Assembly: GCA_963699155.1 (NCBI GenBank)
Contig: OY969414.1
Coordinates: 267,757 to 331,756, forward strand
DNA: 64,000 nt
Reading direction: 5' to 3'
Source of the DNA: an uncultured Chlamydiales bacterium
GTDB lineage: Bacteria; Chlamydiota; Chlamydiia; Chlamydiales; JAAKFR01
A program made the translations under genes and the position numbers. The notes under the pieces were generated by a model. The model was not told the origin of the DNA, ran no database searches, and worked only from the letters and a program-made list of their open reading frames with translations. Positions 47,663 through 56,942 of the stretch are shown here, piece after piece. Each line of letters opens with the position of its first letter. Within the stretch, counting starts at the first letter, position 1.

Positions 47663-48483
47663 CCTCTTTTTCTGAATCCTATTTTTCCTACATCCTCAGC
47701 AAACCGCTGACTGAGGTGTGGAAGGTCTTTTTGCTCGGTTTAGCCAGAGTTGTGCCCGCCATCGCACTTGCCCCCTTCGTCGGCGGAAAAATGTTGCCCG
47801 ATGCCTTCAAGCTAGGCCTTGGACTGCTCGTCGTTTTGATCTTCCTTCCCATTCTCGTGGTCCAGCACTCCACTCCCATCGTCTCCGATCTCACCTTCAT
47901 GCTCCTGCTGACAAAAGAGGCGTTCATCGGCGCCATCTTAGGCTTTATGGTCTCGATCCCCTTTTACTACATCCAGGGGGCTGGCGCCCTCATCGACCAT
48001 CAGCGGGGCAGCCAAAGCTTGCAGGTGATGGATCCCTCGACCCAGATGCAAACCTCTCCCTTTGGCACCCTCTTCAATGACATGATGCTGGTGATTTTCT
48101 TCTACATCGGCGGGCCCATCCTCTTTTTTGACGCCATCTTCGACTCCTACGCCGCCCTTCCCTATGACCAATTCTTCCCTCCCGCCTTCTTCGATCTCAA
48201 CCACCCCATCTGGGTCAGCATGATCGAAATCTGCAACATCGTCATCAAAATTTCCCTACAACTCTCGGCCCCTGCCGTCATCGCGATGCTGCTCTCCGAC
48301 CTCTTCCTCGGTATCGCCAACCGCATGGCTCCCCAAGTCCAGATCTCCTTCCTCCTCTGGTCGCTCAAAGCTTTCGTCGGCATCGCCATGACCTGGGCCG
48401 CCTGGTGGCTCACGATCAAGCAATTTGAGCGCGAAGGCCTCACCTGGATGAAATACTTCACCAAATTTGTCACTGATCTATAA
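47653..48483 (+). CDS. sctT: T3SS export apparatus SctT
   Basis: LARVVPAIALAPF, AGALIDHQRG, SDLFLGIANRMAPQVQI. Confidence 0.95.
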   Translation: MEIASFSESYFSYILSKPLTEVWKVFLLGLARVVPAIALAPFVGGKMLPDAFKLGLGLLVVLIFLPILVVQHSTPIVSDLTFMLLLTKEAFIGAILGFMVSIPFYYIQGAGALIDHQRGSQSLQVMDPSTQMQTSPFGTLFNDMMLVIFFYIGGPILFFDAIFDSYAALPYDQFFPPAFFDLNHPIWVSMIEICNIVIKISLQLSAPAVIAMLLSDLFLGIANRMAPQVQISFLLWSLKAFVGIAMTWAAWWLTIKQFEREGLTWMKYFTKFVTDL

Positions 48484-48497
48484 TAATAGCTCATTCT

Positions 48498-49988
48498 ATG
48501 GCAGCTACGATCCAACTAGAAAAAGCCACCTCTCCTCGCTTAGACAGCGCACCTCCTCCATCAACTCCAGCAGTTGATGTTGCGAGCTTCGGCACCCTGC
48601 TTCTCCGGCAGCCTCCCAAAAGACAGGCAGAAATTTTGGAGAGAATTGGCCAGCTCGAAAACAAAGATCAAATTCTCCCACAAATTGTGGAGCTGGCGGC
48701 GCAGCGCGATTACAGAAAATTTTCCTCACTTTTTCTCGATCCTCAGTTTGATTACTATGCCCTCGCCGCTGTCTCAGCACAGCTTTTGACACCGATTCAG
48801 TTTGGAACTTTGATCTATGTGCGCGCAGGTTTGACAGAGGAGGTCCATGTAGAAGATATCGAGGTGGTTCCCCTTTTTGTGGACGAAGCGCCCTCACCCA
48901 GAGCGTGGAACTACATCAAACAAACCTTAAAATCTTACAAAGACCGAACCCTACTCACAGACCAGGAGTTAGCGCAATTCTTCGAGAAGATGCGCTCGTT
49001 ACCCCCTTCAGAGCGTGCTTTCGTGCTGATTCCCGATGTCCGGATAGGGCTGGAGGCCCTGCAAAACATCTCTTTTCGCTTAAATGCGAATGGCTACTTC
49101 AACCTCTTTTGCGGCCTGAAAATAGATCAGAGAAAGATCCGCATGATTCCATCGATAGGCATGGTAAAAGCCATTCTCGATGTGACTGGCGATGATGGAT
49201 TCACCTTCCGCTTATCGATTGGAGAATCAGCAGCTGAAGAGTTGCGGCTGACCCAACTCCATGAAAATGCCAGAGATTTGATGATCCCCTGCCCTAACAT
49301 AGCTCCCGCCCCCAAAAAAGCGGATGGCTTTTTATCTCCATGGGTCGATTACATCTTTCACGAAATCTATCATCTCTTTACCTGTCGCCATGTTCCTCAG
49401 AAGGTCCGCCGTTTTTTCTGCGAACTCGCTGTGCTATTCAATCCTGACCTATTTTCGACCTCCTCTGAAAAACAGGCCGCCTGGGAAATCTACACCACCC
49501 TGCTCGATTTAGATATCGGCAGCTATCGTCCCGATAATCTCGGTCAATCGGCCCCACCTCATGGAGTGATCTACTATTTATTAGAAACTCTTCTTCCCGC
49601 GCGAAGACCTTACTACATCTATTCCAAAAAACTACCCGCAGACTTTGATGCGGAAGCCCACGAAATGGCTTCTCAGAAGTTCATTTCCCAAGTTTATGGA
49701 CTCTTCGCCGTCTGGAACCTTTATAAACCAAACTACAAGCACTTTGAAGAAATTACCTCCTTTTTTTACCAATTAGAGGGCGATCTTCAGCAACAGATCG
49801 GCATGGCCTATATCAATGTTCAGTCATTTGTCCTTTACGCCGTTGAAAACGGAATCTCAGAAAAGCAATTCAACCAGCTTTCGCCAAAAGAGATTAAAAA
49901 ATTATCTAATAAGGTAATGGCAAATTTGGATGGCCTCCTCGCACAATTAAAAAGCGGCCAATCGATACAAACAATTCTCAGTGAATGA
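48498..49988 (+). CDS. Hypothetical protein with an HExxH motif, candidate effector
   Basis: S/T/P-rich N-terminus; FHEIYH at 49359-49373. Confidence 0.65.
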   Translation: MAATIQLEKATSPRLDSAPPPSTPAVDVASFGTLLLRQPPKRQAEILERIGQLENKDQILPQIVELAAQRDYRKFSSLFLDPQFDYYALAAVSAQLLTPIQFGTLIYVRAGLTEEVHVEDIEVVPLFVDEAPSPRAWNYIKQTLKSYKDRTLLTDQELAQFFEKMRSLPPSERAFVLIPDVRIGLEALQNISFRLNANGYFNLFCGLKIDQRKIRMIPSIGMVKAILDVTGDDGFTFRLSIGESAAEELRLTQLHENARDLMIPCPNIAPAPKKADGFLSPWVDYIFHEIYHLFTCRHVPQKVRRFFCELAVLFNPDLFSTSSEKQAAWEIYTTLLDLDIGSYRPDNLGQSAPPHGVIYYLLETLLPARRPYYIYSKKLPADFDAEAHEMASQKFISQVYGLFAVWNLYKPNYKHFEEITSFFYQLEGDLQQQIGMAYINVQSFVLYAVENGISEKQFNQLSPKEIKKLSNKVMANLDGLLAQLKSGQSIQTILSE

Positions 49989-50022
49989 AATAAAAAGCCT
50001 AAAATCGTATAATTTTTAACTT

Positions 50023-51064
50023 ATGGCTCTTGCTAAAGTGGAAGAACGCATTCATCGTCTGGAACTTGCCCTCAATACTCAGCGCGCATTGAACGGAGGA
50101 AGACCAGCGGATTATTGGACTATTTTTTCCCTTTCTCAAGAAACTAGGTTTCTCGGGTCAAGTCAACACTGATACTTGGCGTTTCGATGTGCTGAAGAAA
50201 AGCAAGTGTGATCAGTTAGCTGCTAAAATTATACGTTCTGCTTCAAAGGCTTATCCGTTTCTCCACGCAAAACAATCCATGACTTGGTTTACAGGGACCC
50301 TCTCAAGTAGCCTTATTGGAATGAAGCGATGGTCTTTGAAGAGTGGTTTACCTCATCCCGCTCTTGTTCCGATAGGACTTTCCGTTTCTAAAAACATCGT
50401 CCCCTCCACAGGTGAGTTAGGGCAGGGAGTCTGGTTAGGTGGGGTTAACCAGACCAAACTTTCAGGAACAACAGACTTCGTTACTGCCTATGAGTTTGCT
50501 AAAAAATGTTTGCCATTCCAAAAAGAGAAGGAGCTCGCCCTCATTCTTGAAGAGAGGGAAGAAGCGGCACTAAGAAATGACTTTTTAAGAATAAAAATAG
50601 CAGTTCTACGTTTGCTCCACTATGGAGCCCCTCCAGAAATGGTAAAGCAAGCAAGAGATCATATTACTCGGAAATATCTCCCTGGGGCCCAAAACCTTCC
50701 TCCTCGCTGGACTGAACACTTGCGTCTTGTGGGTCTTCCTACAAGACAAGTGCCACTAAAGCTGACCCCTTTTGGTGAAGGAACAGAAACAACTTTCACC
50801 CCAGGTACACTCATCGCCATTCGGTCTTCTCTCGAACAGATCTCTAGAATAGGGATGATCCTTGTAAATGACCCGGACAGGAAAAAATGTGAAGTGATCT
50901 ATTCTAAAAATGAAACCGCTTTTTATTTTGACGAATATCTTTTTAAGAACATCTTATCTTTTAGAGAGACGCCCGATCAAGTGGCCTTGTCCTATCCCCC
51001 CCATCGAAAGCAGCGCGATCGAGAAGCTGATCCCATTTTTTCCACTCAGCTATCGCCTCAATGA
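50023..51064 (+). pseudogene. Hypothetical gene split by a single-base frameshift in a T6 tract
   Basis: ATG 50023 opens a 49-codon ORF; removing one T from 50123-50128 fuses it to the frame of ORF 50189-51064. Confidence 0.5.
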
Positions 51065-51129
51065 ATGGCAGGATCTTCTGATTTGATACCGAAAAACCTG
51101 TAGAACTTTCAAAAGAAGAGAAATCCTAT

Positions 51130-51375
51130 ATGGAGAAACCCTTCCCCATCGTATGGGCTTCTATACAGAAATTCGAGTTCACTCAAGTTCGTTCGTCTTT
51201 TAAAACTGAGCGAGCCGTTGGCCAAGTACTTGAGGTGGGTAGTGACCTCACCTATCTCTTTACCAAGCGGCGCCACATTCCAGAAATGCGCAAGTGGCTC
51301 GATGATCAGCAGATCCACTCCGTCCAAGTGATGAGCTTCGGCGCCGGTTGTTACATTCACTCAACCCTCACTTAA
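51130..51375 (+). CDS. Small hypothetical protein
   Basis: 81-aa ORF in series with neighbouring genes; no recognisable motif. Confidence 0.45.
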   Translation: MEKPFPIVWASIQKFEFTQVRSSFKTERAVGQVLEVGSDLTYLFTKRRHIPEMRKWLDDQQIHSVQVMSFGAGCYIHSTLT

Positions 51376-51418
51376 TCATCCATCGATAATGGCATGAGAT
51401 CCGCTTCTAAGTACCTGC

Positions 51419-53215
51419 ATGGACTATCACCCCATAGAAAATTACGGGATTATCGGCGACATGAATACGGTCGCTTTGGTGGGTCTGCATGGTTCGATCG
51501 ACTTCATGTGCTATCCTGAATTTGACTCCCCTTCCATTTTTGCCGCTCTCTTAGATAAGACCAAGGGGGGGTTTTTTCGTATTACCCCCCAAATGGCTAA
51601 CGTCAAATATAAGCAGATCTATTTACCCGATACAAATGTCTTGCTCACCCGCTTTCTTTCACCAGAGGGAGTGTGTGAAATCACCGATTTTATGCCGGTC
51701 CAAGGTTTTTTTTCTGAAAACTATTTAATCCGGAGGGTGAAAAGCATCAGAGGAAATAATCCCCTTCATATGCACTGCGCCCCCCGTTTTAATTATGCGC
51801 GAGGTTCACACCATGCGGAGCATCGTGGCAATGAGATCCTCTTTCGAGGAGAGGGTAATGCATTACAACTCCGAAGCACTATCCCCTTGATAGCGCGTGA
51901 GGGGGATGGATATGCCACTTTTACGTTGAAGGAAGGGGAGAGTGTCGATTTTGTCTTAGGAAAGATCGATGACCGTGTGATTGATGACTTAGCCGAAGTA
52001 GTGACTAAAAGCTTGTTTGATACTATCCACTTCTGGCGGCGTTGGATCGCACGTTCTCAATACAGAGGGAGATGGCTCGAGATGATGAACCGCTCTGCCC
52101 TTCTCTTGAAGTTGTTAACTGCCAAAAAATATGGGTCTATTATCGCCTCTCCTACTTTTGGATTACCTGAACATGTCGGAGGCAGCAAAAACTGGGACTA
52201 CAGGTATACGTGGATCCGGGACGCTGCCTTTTCTTTATATGGGTTGATCCGCTTAGGCTTCACCAAAGAGGCAGAAGACTTTATCCGGTGGATGGAAACC
52301 ATGGTTTGCGATGTCAACCGCCCCGGCGAGCTCAACTTGATGTATTCGATTCGTGGGGAGAAAAAGCTCACGGAATATGAGTTAGACCATTTAGAAGGGT
52401 ATAAAGGATCGGCACCCGTCAGAATTGGCAATGCGGCTTATCAGCAGTTACAACTCGATATCTATGGGGAGCTGATCGATTCGATCTATCTGTATAATAA
52501 ATATGGGGAGACAATCTCCCAAGATCTCTGGTTCAAACTCTCCGCACAAGTAAATTGGCTCTGCAGCAACTGGAATCAACCCGACAATGGGATCTGGGAG
52601 GGTCGGGAGGGGAAACGCTATTTCCTCTATTCCCGACTCATGTCTTGGGTGGCGATCGACCGGATGATTAGAATGGCTAGGCGGAGCTCATTTCCGATGC
52701 CACTGACGAAGTGGATCGAGGTAAGAGACCAGATTCATGCGTCGATCTTCGCCGATTTTTGGAGTGAGAAAAGGAACTCATTTATCCAATACAAGGGATC
52801 AGAAGATTTAGATGCCTCTTGTTTACTGATGCCACTGATAAGATTTATCGGGCCCAAAGATCCCCGGTGGCTCTCCACACTCAAAGCGATCGAAGAAGAT
52901 CTCGTTTTAGACACTCTCGTCTATCGGTATAAATCGATGTACACCGAGGGTTCCTTCTCACTCTGTAGTTTTTGGTATATCGAATGCCTTTCACGGGCTG
53001 GCTATCTCGAAAAAGCACGCTTCTATCTAGAAAGAATGCTCGCTTATGCAAACCACCTCGGCCTCTACGGAGAGCAGCTGGGATTGCAAGGGGAGCATTT
53101 GGGCAATTTTCCGCAAGCCTTCACCCATCTCGGCTTCATCAGCGCCGCCTACAACCTGAATCAAAACCTCAACGATGCCCGCAATAAAGAGACCACTGAC
53201 TCCGAATTCATCTAG
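51419..53215 (+). CDS. Glycoside hydrolase family 15 (trehalase/glucoamylase-like)
   Basis: YGIIGDMNTVALV, FDSPSIFAALLD, WDYRYTWIRD, QLDIYGE, GIWE, GNFPQAFTHL. Confidence 0.92.
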   Translation: MDYHPIENYGIIGDMNTVALVGLHGSIDFMCYPEFDSPSIFAALLDKTKGGFFRITPQMANVKYKQIYLPDTNVLLTRFLSPEGVCEITDFMPVQGFFSENYLIRRVKSIRGNNPLHMHCAPRFNYARGSHHAEHRGNEILFRGEGNALQLRSTIPLIAREGDGYATFTLKEGESVDFVLGKIDDRVIDDLAEVVTKSLFDTIHFWRRWIARSQYRGRWLEMMNRSALLLKLLTAKKYGSIIASPTFGLPEHVGGSKNWDYRYTWIRDAAFSLYGLIRLGFTKEAEDFIRWMETMVCDVNRPGELNLMYSIRGEKKLTEYELDHLEGYKGSAPVRIGNAAYQQLQLDIYGELIDSIYLYNKYGETISQDLWFKLSAQVNWLCSNWNQPDNGIWEGREGKRYFLYSRLMSWVAIDRMIRMARRSSFPMPLTKWIEVRDQIHASIFADFWSEKRNSFIQYKGSEDLDASCLLMPLIRFIGPKDPRWLSTLKAIEEDLVLDTLVYRYKSMYTEGSFSLCSFWYIECLSRAGYLEKARFYLERMLAYANHLGLYGEQLGLQGEHLGNFPQAFTHLGFISAAYNLNQNLNDARNKETTDSEFI

Positions 53216-53235
53216 CAGTACCTAAAGCACAAAAA

Positions 53236-54395
53236 TGGGTGGGAGAGGTTTTTCCAAAATGAAGTCTAAACGACAAAGACATCACAATCGATCTTAAAGG
53301 GCTTCTCATTTATCTGTCGGGCGGATCTGTCACTAGCATGTCAGCAACCCCCTGTGCCTCGGTTCACAAGTAAACTTGTGAACTCTCGGACAACCCATCA
53401 AAAACCCTCCACTGGAGGCTTTTTGAGGTACCTTGTCCCCTTGAGCCGCATCTTGCTTTGCCATATCGCTTCAGCAGCTGGGGAGCTGTACACAGTACTA
53501 GCCCCCACGCTCCGCTCAGCTGCTGAAGCAATCTGGCTTTGCAATCTGCGGCCGCGGGCTGCTCAGGCACGAATACCCCGCCGGACTTCGTCTCTTAGCG
53601 GGGCCCCTTTCGTGTCGCTTCGCAGACATGTCTGGGGGAGGTCCCCTCGCTTCGCTCGCCCACCTCCCCCAGACCCCCTCCCCCGCCCGGTTTTGTCAAA
53701 AAAAGCTGAGAGTGACTCAGGCATTTTAGGCGAGATCTGGCGCTTGCTTCCCTCACCAGGAAGCAGAGCCGATATCCTATAGCATGGGTGTAGAGCCTTT
53801 TCATGCTGTCAGATCCTTTCCAAAAATGGGTGGGGGTGGGGTTAAAAGGGGAGGGGGGCGAGCGCAAAGCGCGAGGGGCCCTCCCCTTAAAATTACTGCG
53901 AGCTGACACGAAAGGGGCCCCCAGCATAGAGACGAAGTCACGCTGGGGAATGAGTGCGCGAGCAGCCCGAGGCCGCAGATTATAAAGCCAGATCGCTTCC
54001 GGAGCTGAGCCGAAGGCGTGGAGGGTAGTGCTGTGCATAGACCCCCGTTCGCAGGCAGGAGTGGCGAGGCATTACTCACGCAAGATGTAACCTGAGATAC
54101 TTTCACCGCCTCAGGGTTTAACCAGCACCAGGCAGTGCGGGACCGCGCCGTAGGCGCCCAGCGAGGAAGCGATATGGCAAAGCAAGATGCGGCTCAAAGG
54201 GACAAGGTACCTCAAAAAGCCTCCAGTGGAGGGTTTTTGATGGGTTGTCCGAGAGTTCACAAGTTTACTTGTGAACCGAGGCACAGGGGGATCTGACACG
54301 CTAGTGACAGATCCGCCCGACAGATCTCTAATCTACCATTTAAGTTTGATGATTGTATCTTGGGCAAATCACTTCCATCTCGACAAATCTCTCCC
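53236..54395. repeat. Giant nested inverted-repeat structure (~1.1 kb)
   Basis: Near-identical ~160-bp arms 53312-53472 / 54166-54325; diverged inner arms ~53491-53700 / ~53815-54036; degenerate outer arms reach ~53236 / ~54395. Confidence 0.9.
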
Positions 54396-54399
54396 AAAA

Positions 54400-54472
54400 A
54401 TGGGCGGGAGAGGGGTTTAAGGGGAGGGGGGCGAGTTGGTGCTGTAAGCGCCAACAAGGGGCCCTCCCTTTA
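54400..54472. repeat. Third copy of the GGGGAGGGGGCGAG...GGGGCCCTCCC(C/T)TTAA palindromic unit
   Basis: Matches 53821-53890 and the reverse complement near 53636-53700, with a different internal hairpin. Confidence 0.7.
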
Positions 54473-54487
54473 ATCTGTGAGTGGATT

Positions 54488-54904
54488 CTAAAAATCGTCT
54501 AGGGGGAATTCGGAGTTTTCGGGGAAGAGCAGCTGCTTGCCTAGTTTTTTGTGCCAGTGGATGAGTAAGGGGGCGCCGAGATTCATCGTTTGAGGTCTTC
54601 TGTCACGGTCAACGATCGCAAAGAGGAGAAGTTTTCCTTCGTTGAGAATGCCGACATCTTTGAGATCGTTGTGGGTGAGGGTCGGTTCGTAGGAGGGATA
54701 ATAGAGAAATGGATCGGCTACGAAGAAGGAGAGATTGGGGTTTTCGACCGATTCTAAGCGAAGAAAAGGGACCTCTCTCTCATGTCCGATCAGCCGATAG
54801 TGGGTATATTTTTCAAATCCAAAGAGACCTTTGGGAAAGAGGAGCTCTCTTTCAAAGGGCCAATTATCGACAGGGGGACGTTTCAATCGGTTGAGCTGAG
54901 GCAC
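54488..54904 (-). CDS. fliW: Flagellar assembly factor FliW homolog (CsrA antagonist family)
   Basis: FPKGLFGFE...PFLRLESVENPNLSFFVADPF...Y...TMNLGAPLLI...GKQL. Confidence 0.85.
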   Translation of the reverse strand: MPQLNRLKRPPVDNWPFERELLFPKGLFGFEKYTHYRLIGHEREVPFLRLESVENPNLSFFVADPFLYYPSYEPTLTHNDLKDVGILNEGKLLLFAIVDRDRRPQTMNLGAPLLIHWHKKLGKQLLFPENSEFPLDDF

Positions 54905-54910
54905 AGCCTC

Positions 54911-55282
54911 TCAGTATTTTCTAAATGACCATCGAAAAAGAAGCATCACTCCGAAGCCGATCACAGCAGCGATGATAAAAGCGGGGAGCGTTACTAATAA
55001 AAACAAAATGGTTCCTATCAACACGAGGGTTTTAAGGATCCCTTGTTCGGTGAAGTACTCTTTCAGCCGCAGAAAGTAGCTGAATATTTCCTTATGAAAG
55101 GTGAAGCCAAATCCTAAGCCAACCAGCGTAGATCCTGTGAGAATGTAGAAAAATGACAGTACCAGACCAATAAAGACGAGAATAAGTCCTACAATCTCGG
55201 TAGTGTAATTGAAGATGGGATCGAAACGGTGTGGTTCTTTTAAGGAATCCTTGCCACGTTTGTCAAAATTAGGTTCGTCCAT
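54911..55282 (-). CDS. Small membrane protein, CT565-like
   Basis: Four hydrophobic segments; EQGILKTLVL motif; located beside the Gsp cluster. Confidence 0.6.
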   Translation of the reverse strand: MDEPNFDKRGKDSLKEPHRFDPIFNYTTEIVGLILVFIGLVLSFFYILTGSTLVGLGFGFTFHKEIFSYFLRLKEYFTEQGILKTLVLIGTILFLLVTLPAFIIAAVIGFGVMLLFRWSFRKY

Positions 55283-55355
55283 GATACCTCTAAGTCTAAT
55301 GAAATTCTAGCTTTTCAATGATTTACTTGAAAGGCGCAATTTGCAGACAAAATAA

Positions 55356-55389
55356 AATTAAGAATTAGCAAATTTATTAATTCTTAATT
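55356..55389. promoter_or_regulatory. Perfect 12-bp inverted repeat in the divergent promoter of the T2SS operon
   Basis: AATTAAGAATTA-N10-TAATTCTTAATT. Confidence 0.45.
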
Positions 55390-55460
55390 GAGATTCACAA
55401 TTTGATTTAATTCTAAAGCTTCTGTATTCTTTCAGGCTTATTAGAGTGGCGGTTTAGTTA

Positions 55461-56942
55461 ATGCGCTTATTTAGCGTTGTCAATATCACTTTAGCAGCCT
55501 TAATTGCGCTGACAGCTCTCATCTTCCTTCTTCCCGCTCAAGAGGAGGATCTGGTGATCGCCATGCCACGCCCCATGCAAAAAGAGCTGCCCAAAAGTCC
55601 ATTTGGAGAGACGGAAGAATACTTTGAAGAAATTGGTGAGGGCATTTTGTCGCTTGTCTGGGTTCCACCGCAGATGCAGCTGCCCGATCTGAGAAAAGAG
55701 CTCATTTATAATGGCAAAAATTGTAGACCCGATGCTCTATTGGGACGCGCGAGTTTCCATCTTTCGTTGCGCGGATCAGGTGAGCGGGCTCTGATCAATG
55801 AGGGAGCGCGTGTCTACCTCGTTTATCAAGGCAACTTCACTCCGAAATTTCTGAAAGCAGCAAGAGCTGCACAGCAAAATGGTTCCTCAGCTCCATTTGG
55901 GGGTGAAACGGCATCACCAGCTTCTGTTTGGGGGGAGAGATCAACTCCCCTTTGGGGTGAGACACATGGGGAGGAAAACAACGAGAGAGGATGTTACGTC
56001 TTTAGCCCTGGAAACCAAGCCACGCCTCTCTGGTTTGAAATTAAAGCAGCGGGAGAGAATCTACTTGAGGTTCGCGTCCATATGCTCGATGAAAAGGGAG
56101 TCTTGGTCGTTTCTCCTACCGATTTTCGCTCATTTCCTCTCCATGCACAGGAATTTCCTAAATCGCAAACGGCGGGCTGGGATATCGGTGGATACAGAGT
56201 GGACACCACACTCCTCGTCCGTCAAAAAGCGCGTTGGATTGGTGCCGACCGCTTTCTTGAGATGCATGGCGGAGAAGAATTTAGTTACACAATTGGTAGA
56301 GAAAGAATCGATTTCCTAGAGGGAGAAGAGCCCTATTCCTGCTTCGTTTGTGAAGGGGATTATTTGGTTTGGGAAGATGAAAAATGGTGTTACGGAAATA
56401 GTTTAGACAACACGGGCCAACTTCCTCTCCTCGTTGTCAAAAAAATCGATGAAAAGATCATGACCTTCGAGCTTTGGGACCCTGAAGGAAAGGGGAAAAC
56501 CATTCTGAGCCTCATTCGCACCAAAGATCATCAGCTGCTTCCCAATGTTTCCCAGGAATTGAAATTTGTCGGTGCCAAAACATGGGCCCAATTTATCGTC
56601 GAAAGCAAAAATGGGGGTAGGCTCAACTTGAAGCTGCATGACTGGCTTGTTCTTACCCAAGAGGGATGGATGAAGCTAGATGCACCGGAAAAAATTGATG
56701 CCTTTGTCGCACAACATATCACAGGGCCACTCTTTATTTTAGATAAGATGACAAAGCAAAATGGCAGGCAGGTCTTGATGGGCCATCTCTTTAATGCCAC
56801 TCGAACTGAAGTGGAGGAGGTGGAGTTGACCGCTTCTTCAACTACTTCGATTGCCAATTATTATCGGCACATCCCCATCAATCCCCCTATCATGCCCGCC
56901 ACAGCTGATATTACGGTAGAAGGTAGCGAAAGATGCGAATAA
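55461..56942 (+). CDS. CT573-like protein, first gene of the chlamydial Gsp operon
   Basis: N-terminal TM; RVDTTLLVRQKARWIG.DRFLEMHGG motif; upstream of gspD. Confidence 0.75.
   Translation: MRLFSVVNITLAALIALTALIFLLPAQEEDLVIAMPRPMQKELPKSPFGETEEYFEEIGEGILSLVWVPPQMQLPDLRKELIYNGKNCRPDALLGRASFHLSLRGSGERALINEGARVYLVYQGNFTPKFLKAARAAQQNGSSAPFGGETASPASVWGERSTPLWGETHGEENNERGCYVFSPGNQATPLWFEIKAAGENLLEVRVHMLDEKGVLVVSPTDFRSFPLHAQEFPKSQTAGWDIGGYRVDTTLLVRQKARWIGADRFLEMHGGEEFSYTIGRERIDFLEGEEPYSCFVCEGDYLVWEDEKWCYGNSLDNTGQLPLLVVKKIDEKIMTFELWDPEGKGKTILSLIRTKDHQLLPNVSQELKFVGAKTWAQFIVESKNGGRLNLKLHDWLVLTQEGWMKLDAPEKIDAFVAQHITGPLFILDKMTKQNGRQVLMGHLFNATRTEVEEVELTASSTTSIANYYRHIPINPPIMPATADITVEGSERCE

Noticed and set aside
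53700-54165. Known structured RNA (tmRNA, RNase P, SRP, group II intron) in the palindrome centre
   Set aside because: I could not find their hallmark motifs by eye; an Rfam/Infernal scan would be needed to exclude them formally
53354-54457. ORFs 53354-53782, 53595-54038, 54111-54299 and others with mutually similar peptides
   Set aside because: The similarity comes from the inverted repeats, and there is no transposase or other protein motif
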